Both the position numbers and the translations under genes were made by a program. Positions 12,172-20,000 of a DNA stretch of 20,000 nt are shown piece after piece; within the stretch, counting starts at the first letter, position 1, and each line of letters begins with the position of its first letter. The notes beneath the pieces are model-generated. The model searched no databases, was not told the origin of the DNA, and saw nothing but the letters and a program-made list of their open reading frames with translations. The stretch is from Chiloscyllium plagiosum (taxonomy: Eukaryota): NCBI RefSeq assembly GCF_004010195.1, contig NC_057755.1, forward strand, positions 5,265,989 to 5,285,988, read 5' to 3'.

Positions 12172-12367
12172 GTGTTGGAAAAGCGTAGCGGGTCAGGCAG
12201 CATCCGAGGAGCACAAGAGTCGAAGTGTTGAGCGTAAACTCTTCATTAGGAATGACATTCTCGAAACGTTGACTCTCCTGCTCCTCAGATGCTGTCTGAC
12301 CAGCAGTGCTTTTCCAGCACAACACGTTTTGACTCCGATCTCCAACATCTGCAGTCCTCACTTTCTC
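12172..12367. mobile_element. Inverted pair of PLE terminal-repeat fragments
   Basis: 12172-12232 is the reverse complement of 12260-12320 (~13 mismatches in 61 nt by eye). Both arms resemble the PLE end at 11957-12078 (cgaaacgtcga...ggatgctg...ttccagcac). Confidence 0.85.
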
Positions 12368-12404
12368 CCTCTGTCTTTTCTGTCTCGATATACCCCACTT
12401 GCAG

Positions 12405-12437
12405 TGAAATAAAGCAAACTCAGCAAATCTGGTGTCA
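12405..12437 (+). other. Candidate 33-nt micro-exon
   Basis: Long pyrimidine tract ending ...ccacttgcAG and donor TCA|GTAAGT. The single open frame reads EIKQTQQIWC. Confidence 0.35.
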
Positions 12438-12481
12438 GTAAGTAGTTTGAGATCGATCTGCTGGAGTCACACTTATAACAA

Positions 12482-13078
12482 CGTCCTCTCTACATTGGAG
12501 TAACGGGGCATAGAATGGGTGCCACTTCACTGAACACGTTTACTCTGCCTGAAAAAAGAATCCGGAGTTTCCCGTCGCCTGCCATTTTAACACCCCGCCC
12601 TATTCCCTGGCCAACATCTCTGTCTACGGCTTGCTGCAGTGCTCCAGTGAAGCTCAGCACAAGCTAACATTATAACACCTCATTTTCGGCTTTTGAACCC
12701 GGCAGACACAATATCAAGTTCAATAATTTTAGGGCCTGTACTCCCCCATGTCCTAACCCCTATCCCACATAGTAGACTGCCACTACACACGACCTACAGT
12801 TAGCCACTAACAGTCTTCATTACCAGCTATTTACTCTCTCAGCCAGAACAGTATCCACTCCTTTGTCTGTCCAACTGTTCTTCTCTCTTGGGCACTATTC
12901 CCACCTATCATTTATTCCTTACCACCTCCCCCACCATTTCTTCTTCATGTAAACCAACATTTTCTTAGCTACCATCAGTTCTGAGGAAGGGTGACCGGAC
13001 CCGAAACGTTAACTCTAATTTCTCTTCACTGGTACTGCCTGACCTGCTGAGCTTTTCCAGCACCGGCTGCTTTTGTGT
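12482..13078 (+). mobile_element. Second, 5'-truncated PLE fragment (GIY-YIG end plus terminal repeat), diverged family
   Basis: Translates in pieces as LYIGVTGHR..., PVACHFNTPP..LANISVYGLLQCSSEAQHKL...HLIF, paralleling the endonuclease at 11690-11930. Ends with a hammerhead motif and ctgcctgacctgctgagcttttccagca. Confidence 0.85.
12977..13014 (+). ncRNA. Minimal type I hammerhead ribozyme motif in PLE terminal repeat
   Basis: agtt-CTGAGGA-a-GGGT-gaccgg-ACCC-GAAACGTT-aact. Core CUGANGA (12981-12987) and GAAA (13003-13006), 4-bp stem II, palindromic ACGU in place of stem III, 4-bp stem I (AGTT/AACT). PLEs are known to carry such minimal hammerheads. Confidence 0.75.
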
Positions 13079-13130
13079 CAATATTTAACTTTGCTCAATA
13101 GTTCAGACGAAAGGATTTAATTTAAAAAAA

Positions 13131-13282
13131 GACGCACACACACAGACACACACACACTCTCAAACACATGCAGTCACACACTCACAGATATATGCCCACA
13201 CAGACACACACACACACAGACTCTCATACACATGCAGTCACGCATACATAGGCATATGCCCATACAGACGCACAACAAACAT
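13131..13282. repeat. Imperfect (CA)n tract with a ~60-bp internal duplication
   Basis: cacagacacacacacac...catgcagtcac...atatgccca occurs twice (~13141-13200 and ~13199-13265). Confidence 0.85.
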
Positions 13283-13579
13283 GGAAAGACTCTACAAATT
13301 TAACACCAAGTTCTTTGTTTGATTCACACTGCTCTGTTCTGAATTCGCGTTAGATTTGCTGATTTGGAGCATCCACGTGGACAGTCGTCCTAATCCCATG
13401 TGCCATGCCCTGATCCCAACTCCTCAGTGTAACATCTAAACACCATTAATTCCCATCTCACTGTATTCCACCTGCAAGAGGCTGAGAGATGACCCCGTAC
13501 AAATTTGAGGAGCTGTTTTAATCTGCAAAACCAGGACGAAAGATTCTGAAGGTGTCAACCATCTTAGGTATGTTCACGC

Positions 13580-14248
13580 AGGCAGTCCATGCCTGTTTCT
13601 GTCTGCGTTTGTGTGTGTGCTTGAGAGACTATGCTAATTTCTCTATGTGTTTGAGAGACCATGCCTGTTTCTATGTGTGTGTGTGTTTGAGAGACCATGC
13701 CTGTTTCTGTGTGTGCGTGTTTGAGGGACGATGCATATTTGTGATTGTGTATTTGAGATGGAGAGAGAGGGAGACCATGCCTATATGTGTGGGTTTGAGA
13801 GACCATGGCTGTTTCTATGTGTGCGTGTGTTTGAGAGACCATGACAATTTCTGTGTGTGCGTGTGTGTGGTTGAGATAGAGAGAGAGAGAGAGGGAGACC
13901 ATGCCTCTGTATGTGTGTGTTTGAGGGACCATGCCTGTGCGTGTGTATTTGAGAGAGAGAGAGGGGGAGGACATGCGTGTACGTCTGTGCGTTTGAGAGA
14001 CCATGCCTCTGTATGTTTTTGAGAGACCATGCCTCTGTGTGTATGTTTGAGAGACCATGCCTATTTGTGTTTGTGTTAGAGAGACAGAACATGCCTTTTT
14101 CTGTGGGTGTGCTTGTCTGACAGACGATGCCTGTTTCTGTGCGTGCGTATGTGCGTGCGTATGTGTGTGTGAGAGAGAGACCATGGCTGTTTCTGCGTGT
14201 GTTTGAGAGACCATGCCTCATTCTGTGTGTGTATATGTTTGAGAGATA
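13580..14248. repeat. Minisatellite, ~25-45 bp units built on GAGAGACCATGCCTGTTTCT(GT)n
   Basis: Roughly 20 copies of gagaccatgcct variants separated by variable GT/GA runs. Confidence 0.92.
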
Positions 14249-14249
14249 G

Positions 14250-14507
14250 TCACAGATAAGGTGCGGGAGGACTGGAGGTTGGCAAACGTGGTGCCACTGT
14301 TTAATAAGGGCGGTAAAGACAAGCCAGGGAACTATAGACCAGCGAGCTTGATGCAGTTCGATGGGTATTTAAATGGGAAGGTTTGGAGGGATATGGGCCA
14401 AGTGCTGGCGAAAGAGACTAGAGTAGGTTAGGATGTCTGGTCGGCATGGACGGGTTGGACCAAACGGTTTGTTTCCGTGCTGTACATCTCTATGACTGTA
14501 TGACTCT
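14250..14507 (+). mobile_element. Internally deleted CR1 fragment (pre-RT segment fused directly to the 3' UTR)
   Basis: 14252-14352 encodes DKVREDWRLANVVPLFNKGGKDKPGNYRPASLM. It then joins the CR1 3' end (ggagggatatgggccaagtgctgg...tgctgtacatctctatgactgtatgactc). Confidence 0.85.
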
Positions 14508-14511
14508 GCGA

Positions 14512-14722
14512 TTTTGTGACTCACACGCGGATATCTGTTATTCTGTATGTAAACCACCCCAAAACCCTCGATTAGATTCCAGTCTTTAACTCAGTATGGG
14601 GTATCTGTTATTCTGTATATAAACCACTCTGAACCCCTCGATTAGATTCCAGTCTGTAACTCACTCCGGGGCATCTGTTATTCTGTATATAAACCACCCT
14701 GAACCCCTCGATTTGATTCCAC
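14512..14722. repeat. ~70-bp tandem repeat, 3 copies (ACCCCTCGATTAGATTCCAGTCTGTAACTCACTCCNGGGTATCTGTTATTCTGTATATAAACCACCCTGA)
   Basis: ccctcgattagattcc or a close variant at ~14565, 14635 and 14705 (70-bp period). Confidence 0.9.
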
Positions 14723-15350
14723 TTCGTGTCATGTTAAGCTCATGTTCCCATCACAATCTAATCTCAGCAATGATCAATATATCACTGGTCCTTCTATCTG
14801 CTGGCACTACCATCATGTTAACTTTCTGATATTTATGTACATGATCAGCCATAGACTCTGAACAATGCTGTTTCAGAATTTCTCACCATGTTACACAGAA
14901 ACGTTCAGCTTTTTCTATTCTTACTGCAAATCACGTTCCAGAATATTCTCTTCCACCTGCCAATGCTTTCAATAGAATTCACAAAACACTGACAGCAAAC
15001 TAGATGACACGTTGGATATAGGAAACGGTTACAATCAGTACATTCATGTTGCAATGTAATAATATCCAGAAGGAAACCTGCCCTTCCTCAGGGACAAAAC
15101 CACCCTGGGTCTGGAAGTGTGGACTGGGCAGAGAACGGGAATTTTCGTGTGTTAGTGAGTTATTTTGGAAATCTGTGCTTCACATGGACGTTTGTCCACT
15201 TTAAATTTATTTTCTATGTTTGGGTGTGTGTGATGGAGAGAGTTTAAACTGAGTGCAACTCTGCGTTTCTGATTAGGGATTCCCTGACCTTCAGCTATTT
15301 GACTGCTCATAGAAAGTGTGAGTATTGTCTGTTTCTCTCCCATCGTTCAG

Positions 15351-15420
15351 AACACATGGAAACCTCCACATACAGCATTTGAATCCTGTCTGGCTCAGCT
15401 GATTGTTGAGTTGGTCCACG
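15351..15420 (+). other. Candidate internal exon of an unidentified host transcript
   Basis: Acceptor tgtctgtttctctcccatcgttcAG and donor ACG|GTGAGT in non-repetitive DNA. 70 nt, with only one open frame (NTWKPPHTAFESCLAQLIVELVH); no recognised homology. Confidence 0.45.
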
Positions 15421-15464
15421 GTGAGTTCTTTCTCCTCTGCTTTCTCCCTTCTCGTATCTCGTTG

Positions 15465-15962
15465 GTCTGTCTATAAATCACCCAATCCCATCAATTTGAC
15501 GGCAGTCTGCAGCTCACTCCTGGGTATCTGTTATTCTACACATAATCATCACGAATCCCCTTGGTAAAATTCCAATCTGTAACTGACTTCCCTTTTTAAG
15601 GGACTCTGTACATTAGCCATCTCAATCCTTTGATGAGATTCCAGTCTGTATCACACTCCTGTGTATCTGTTATTCAAGAAATTAACCATCCAATCCAAAC
15701 CCTGTTAAAATTTCCCATAGTGTTCAGGGATGTGCAGGTGAGGTGCATTAGTAAGGGGTAAATGTGGGGAAATTGGTCTGGGCAGGTTATTCTTCTGAGG
15801 GTCAGTGTGGTCTTGTTGGGCTGAAGGGCTTGTTTCCCCACTGTCGGGATTATATGAATCACTCGGAAACCTCTCGATTAGATTCCAATGTGTAACTCAC
15901 TTCCATGTATGTGTGACTTGCATGTTTGAGAAACACCCCAAAACCTTCAATTGTGTTCCATG
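15465..15962. repeat. Degenerate copies of the same ~70-bp repeat, interrupted by a SINE fragment
   Basis: ctcactcctgggtatctgttattc (~15513), gagattccagtctgtatcacactcctgtgtatctgttattc (~15635), ctcgattagattccaatgtgtaactcac (~15873). Confidence 0.8.
15704..15860 (+). mobile_element. 5'-truncated HE1-type SINE (3' half)
   Basis: taaaatttcccatagtg...ggggtaaatgtgggg...gggtcagtgtggtcttgttgggctgaagggcttgtttcc matches the 3' half of the SINE at 18181-18494 read in reverse complement. Confidence 0.8.
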
Positions 15963-15963
15963 T

Positions 15964-16786
15964 GATGGAGTTTGATTTAGATAAACGTGAGGTGCTGCAT
16001 TTTGGGAAAGAAAATTTTAGCAGGACTTCTACACTTAATGGTTAGGTTCGAGGGAGAGTTGCTGAACAAAGGGACTTTGAAGTGCAGATTTGTAGCTCAT
16101 TGAAAGTAGAGTGGCAGGTGGATAAGAGAAGAAAGGCAGCGTTTGGTATGCTTTCCTTTCTTGGTGTTAGTTTTGTGTATAGGCATTGAGATGTCGTGTT
16201 GCGGCTGGACAGGATATGGGTAAGGCCACTGTTGGAATATGGCGTGCAATTCTGGTCGCCGTCCTATCGGAACGATGTTGTGAAACTTGAAAGGGTTAAG
16301 AAAAGATTTACAAAGATGTTGCCAGGGTTAGAGGATGTTGCCAGGGCTAGAGGGAGAGGCTGAATAGGCTGGGTCTCTTTTCCCTGGAGCATCAGAGGCT
16401 GAGGGGTGACCTTATCTAGGTTTATAAAAACATGAGTGTCATGGAGAGGATAAATAGACAAAGTCTTTTCCTTGGGGTGGGGGAGTCCAGAACTGAGGGC
16501 ATAGGTTTAGGGTGAGGGGGAAAGATATGAAAGAGACCTAAGGGGCAACTTGTTCACTCAGTGGGTGGTACATGAATGGAATGAGCTGTCAGAGGAAATG
16601 GTGGAGGCTGGTACAATTGCAACATGTAAAATGCAGCTAGATGGACATTTGTGTGGGATAGCTTGGAGGGATATGGGCCAAGTGCTGGCAAAAGAGACTA
16701 GAGTAGATTAGGATATCTGGTCGGCATGGATGGGTTGGACCAAAGGGTCCGTTTCCATGCTGTACATCTTTACGACTGTATGACTC
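15964..16786 (+). mobile_element. 5'-truncated CR1 LINE (RT C-terminus plus 3' UTR)
   Basis: MEFDLDKREVLHFGK, VRPLLEYGVQFWSPSYRNDVVKLERVKKRFTKMLPG, LGLFSLEHQRLRGDL, then a 3' UTR ending ...tacgactgtatgactc. Confidence 0.93.
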
Positions 16787-16869
16787 CGCGAGTTTGTGAC
16801 TCACTCCTTGTTATCTGTTATTCTGTATGTAAATCATCACAAACCCCTCGATTAGATTCCAGTCTGTCC

Positions 16870-18180
16870 CTCATTGCTGGGTATCTGGTATGCTGTATAT
16901 AAGCCATCAACCCCTCAATTAGATTCCAGTCTGGAACTCTCTGCTGGGTATCTGTTATTGGATCTGTGAAGTGATCCTTGTTGGATGTTAGACTGAAGAC
17001 AAGATAAACTAAACTGTCGAATGTTACATTGGGAGCAGGAACACAGAAAGCTGCTGGTGCATTTCTGTTCTGTGACATATCTCCAAGTTTCAGACTGGGG
17101 CAGAATTTCTGTCACAATGGGGAAAGACTCTAAAGCTGTTTGCTGTCCTGCATGAATGCATCGTCAAAACATTGATTCCCTTGCAAGATAGGAAGTGGAG
17201 ACAGCTCTTTGTAGGTGTCTGTATCTCTGTGTGTGTGATTCTGTGCGTCTGTGTATGTCTGTTCGTGTGTGATTCTGTGTACGTGTTCAATGTTAAATAT
17301 TTTCGAACTGTATTGATGTTTCCAGTCTCTCTTGCTGTTCCTTATTTATAAACTCAATGTCATCGCTGTGCTGATATAAAATGGTGGCTGTGGACAAATC
17401 TAAGATGTCTGCCTGACTGATTTGTGTCAGGAATACATTCAGCAAGGGAGAGGGGGCAATGTGTCAAAAGCCATTTCCATTCATTGATGCTGGCAGAGAT
17501 AGGAAATGATGACAGCTCTTTGAAGGTGATTAGAATGCAAATCACAGAACCTGTTTACAGTGAATGCGGAGAGACAATGTGAGACTCCAGTAAGTTCTGC
17601 CTTACTTTCCAAGCTTCTAATATATGAGAGAAACATAATGCACAAAACCTGAAATAGCTCAGCCAGTGAGATGTAGATTTGCAGCGTTGGATCAGAATCC
17701 TGCCTGATAAGGCCCCATCCCAAATTCAAGGGCTTCTCAAATCCCACACTGACCGTCTGTGGGTTCAAATTGTGTGTTGTTTACAAATAAAAGAAAATAA
17801 TGCACCTGCAATTAATATCGAGGATAAATGAGACAGTGAGAGATAGGCAGCACTGTAACCAGAATGGCAGTGCATTATAAAAGGTATATTGATATCTTCA
17901 GTGAAAGGGAAAAACAGAGGAGGATAGTCTTCAAACTAGGACCGTGGGGAGTCAGTAAAGTCGTATAGTTTGTGACTGCATTACGTTTATGTGAGTCAAG
18001 GTTTGAAACCACTTGGCCTATAGTCCACTTTGTGACTCACTCCCAGTTACAAGTTATTCCACATAAAAAGCAACACATATCCCTCCATTAGATTCGAGAA
18101 AGTAACTCACTCCGGGGCATCTGTTATTCTGTATATAAACCACCCCGATTAGATTCCCGTCTGTTCCTCACTCCTGGGTA
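16870..18180. repeat. Tandem segmental duplication, copy 1 (~1.1-kb core flanked by 70-bp repeats)
   Basis: Colinear with 18495-19850. Anchors: gatctgtgaagtgatcc at 16961 vs 18582; ccactttgtgactc at 18025 vs 19681. About 85-90% identity by eye. Confidence 0.95.
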
Positions 18181-18494
18181 GATTAGATTACTTACAATGT
18201 GGAAACAGGCCCTTTGGCCCAACAAGTCCACACTGACACTCCAAAGAGCAAACCACCCAGACCCATTCCCCGACATTTACTCTGTCACGTTTTGCTACAG
18301 GCAATTTAGCATGGCCAATTCACCCAACCTGCCCATCTTTAGACTGTGGGAGGAAACCAGAGCACCCGGAGGAAACCCACGCAGACACGGGGAGAATGTG
18401 CAAACTCCACACAGACAGTTGCCCGAGGCGGCAATTTGAACCCCGGTCTCACGGCGCCGTGAGGCAGCAGTGCTTACCTCTGAGCCACCGTGTC
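18181..18494 (-). mobile_element. Full-length HE1-type V-SINE (tRNA-derived)
   Basis: Minus strand reads gacacggtggctcagaggtaagcactgctgcctcacggcgcc...ggggttcaaatt (Pol III A/B boxes), then the V-domain tgtgtggagtttgcacattctccccgtgtctgcgtgggtttcctccgggtgctc, and the tail ...gtaagtaatctaatc. Confidence 0.93.
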
Positions 18495-19850
18495 ACTCGT
18501 GAACCTTACATGCTGTATTTCAACCCTAAACCCCTCAATTAGATTCCAGTCTGTCCCTCACTCCTGGGGAATCTGTTATTGGATCTGTGAAGTGATCCTT
18601 GTTGGTTGTTAGACTGAAGACAAGTGAAACTAAACGGTCAAATGTTACATTGGAAGCAGGAACACAGAAAGCTGCTGCTTCATTTCTCTTCTGTTATATA
18701 ATCTCCAAGTTTCAGATTGGGGCTGAATTCCCGTCACAATGGGGGAAGTCTCAAATGCTGTTTACTGTCCTGCATGAATGCATCGTCAAAACATTAATTC
18801 CCTTGCAAGATCGGAAATGGAGACAGCTCTTTGAAGGTGTTTGTATCTGTGTGCGTGTGATTCTGTGTGTCTGTGTATATCTGTTTGTGTGTGATTCTGT
18901 GCGCAAGTTCAATGTTAAATATTTTCGAACTGTATTGATGTTGCCAATCTCTCTTGCTGTTCCTTATTTATAAACTCAATGTGCTGATATAAAATGGTGG
19001 CTGTGGACAAATCGAAGATGCCTGCCTGACTGATTTGTGTCAGGAATACTTTCAGCAAGGGAGAGGGAGCAATGTGTCAAAAGCCATTTCCATTCATTGA
19101 TGCTGGCAGAGATAGGAAATGGAGAGAGCTCTTTGAAGGTGATTAGAATGCAAATCCCAGAACCTACTTACAGTGAATGCGGAGAGACAATGTGACATCC
19201 CAGTAAGGGTCTGCCTTACTTTCCAAGCTCCTAATATATGAGAGAAACATAATATTCAAAACTTGAAATAGGTCAGCCATTGAATTGTAGATTTGCAGCG
19301 TTGGATCAGAATCCTGCCTGGCTCGGCCTCATCCCAAATTCAAGGGTTTCTCAAATCCCACACTGACCTTCTGTGGGTTGAAATTGTGTATTGTCTACAA
19401 ATAAAAGAAAATAATGCACCTGCAATTTCTAGAACTGTGTGTGTCTGTTGTTTCAAGTATCTTTCAACAGGATTGAAGAGAAATGGGACAGTGAGAGATA
19501 GGCAGCTCTGTAACCAGAATGGCAGTGCATGATTAAAGGTAAATTCATATCTTCAGAGAAAGGGGAAAACAGAGGTGGATAGTCTTTAAACTCGGACTGT
19601 GGGGAGTCAGTAAAGTCGTGTAGTTTGTGACTGCATTACGTTTAAGTCGAGAGAAGATTTGAAAGCACTTTGCCTATCGTCCACTTTGTGACTCTCTCCC
19701 AGTTACAAGTTCTTCCACATAAAAAGCTTCGCAAATCCCTCCATTATATTCCAGAATGTATCTCACTCAGGGCTATCAGTTATTCTGTATCTGAACCACC
19801 CTGTTCCCCTCGATTAGATTCCAGGCTGTAACTCAGTCCAGTCTGTGAAG
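18495..19850. repeat. Tandem segmental duplication, copy 2
   Basis: See copy 1. Has extra sequence at ~19427-19475 and lacks 8 bp present at ~17361. Confidence 0.95.
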
Positions 19851-19929
19851 GACAGAGACACAGAGAGAGAGAGGGACACAGAGGGAGAGAGAAGGACAGC
19901 GAGACCAAGAAAGAGAGGGACAGAGACAC

Positions 19930-19967
<38 letters not shown>

Positions 19968-19970
19968 TGA
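19850..19970. repeat. GA-rich simple repeat ((GA)n/(GACAGA)n)
   Basis: Seen directly. Confidence 0.9.
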
Positions 19971-20000
19971 GCACCTCCACAGACCCAGAGCCAAAACCAT

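Noticed and set aside
13552..14221. Repetitive ORFs (CVCLRDHA / HTQTGMVSQ)
   Set aside because: Translations of the minisatellite on both strands.
14512..14722. CRISPR-like regular repeats (also the 33-bp array)
   Set aside because: Head-to-tail monomers with no unique spacers, no cas genes, and a vertebrate context.
17500..17590. Box C (ATGATGA) suggesting a C/D snoRNA
   Set aside because: No terminal CTGA box D at a suitable distance, and the paralogous copy lacks box C.
17848..17885. TGGCAGTG (miR-34/449-like seed) in a small gcactg/cagtgc hairpin
   Set aside because: Stem only ~6 bp, disrupted in copy 2, and the rest does not match the mature miRNA.
18415..18494. tRNA-like A/B boxes
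   Set aside because: They are the head of the HE1 SINE, not a tRNA gene.

Overview
Repeat-dominated eukaryotic DNA, most likely from an elasmobranch (shark or ray), judged from the HE1-type V-SINEs, CR1 LINEs and Penelope-like elements. No intact host protein-coding gene is recognisable. Layout: (1) 1-4470, a ~33-bp C/T-rich satellite with a 500-N gap and a ~498-bp higher-order period; (2) ~5158-9430, a near-full-length decayed CR1 LINE on the minus strand; (3) ~9448-12078, a decayed Penelope-like element (PLE; RT plus GIY-YIG endonuclease) on the plus strand, head-to-head with the CR1; (4) ~12170-13078, more PLE terminal pieces, including an inverted pair and one apparently intact minimal hammerhead ribozyme; (5) 13130-14250, micro- and minisatellites; (6) 14250-19850, a scaffold of ~70-bp repeats carrying CR1 and HE1 insertions and a ~1.3-kb tandem duplication. 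The best leads are the cluster of four PLE hammerhead motifs (one intact, three disabled), shared CR1/70-bp-repeat junctions, a misplaced internal CR1 segment, and several plus-strand exon-like segments. I found no convincing evidence for a wholly new system. All alignments and identities were estimated by eye.
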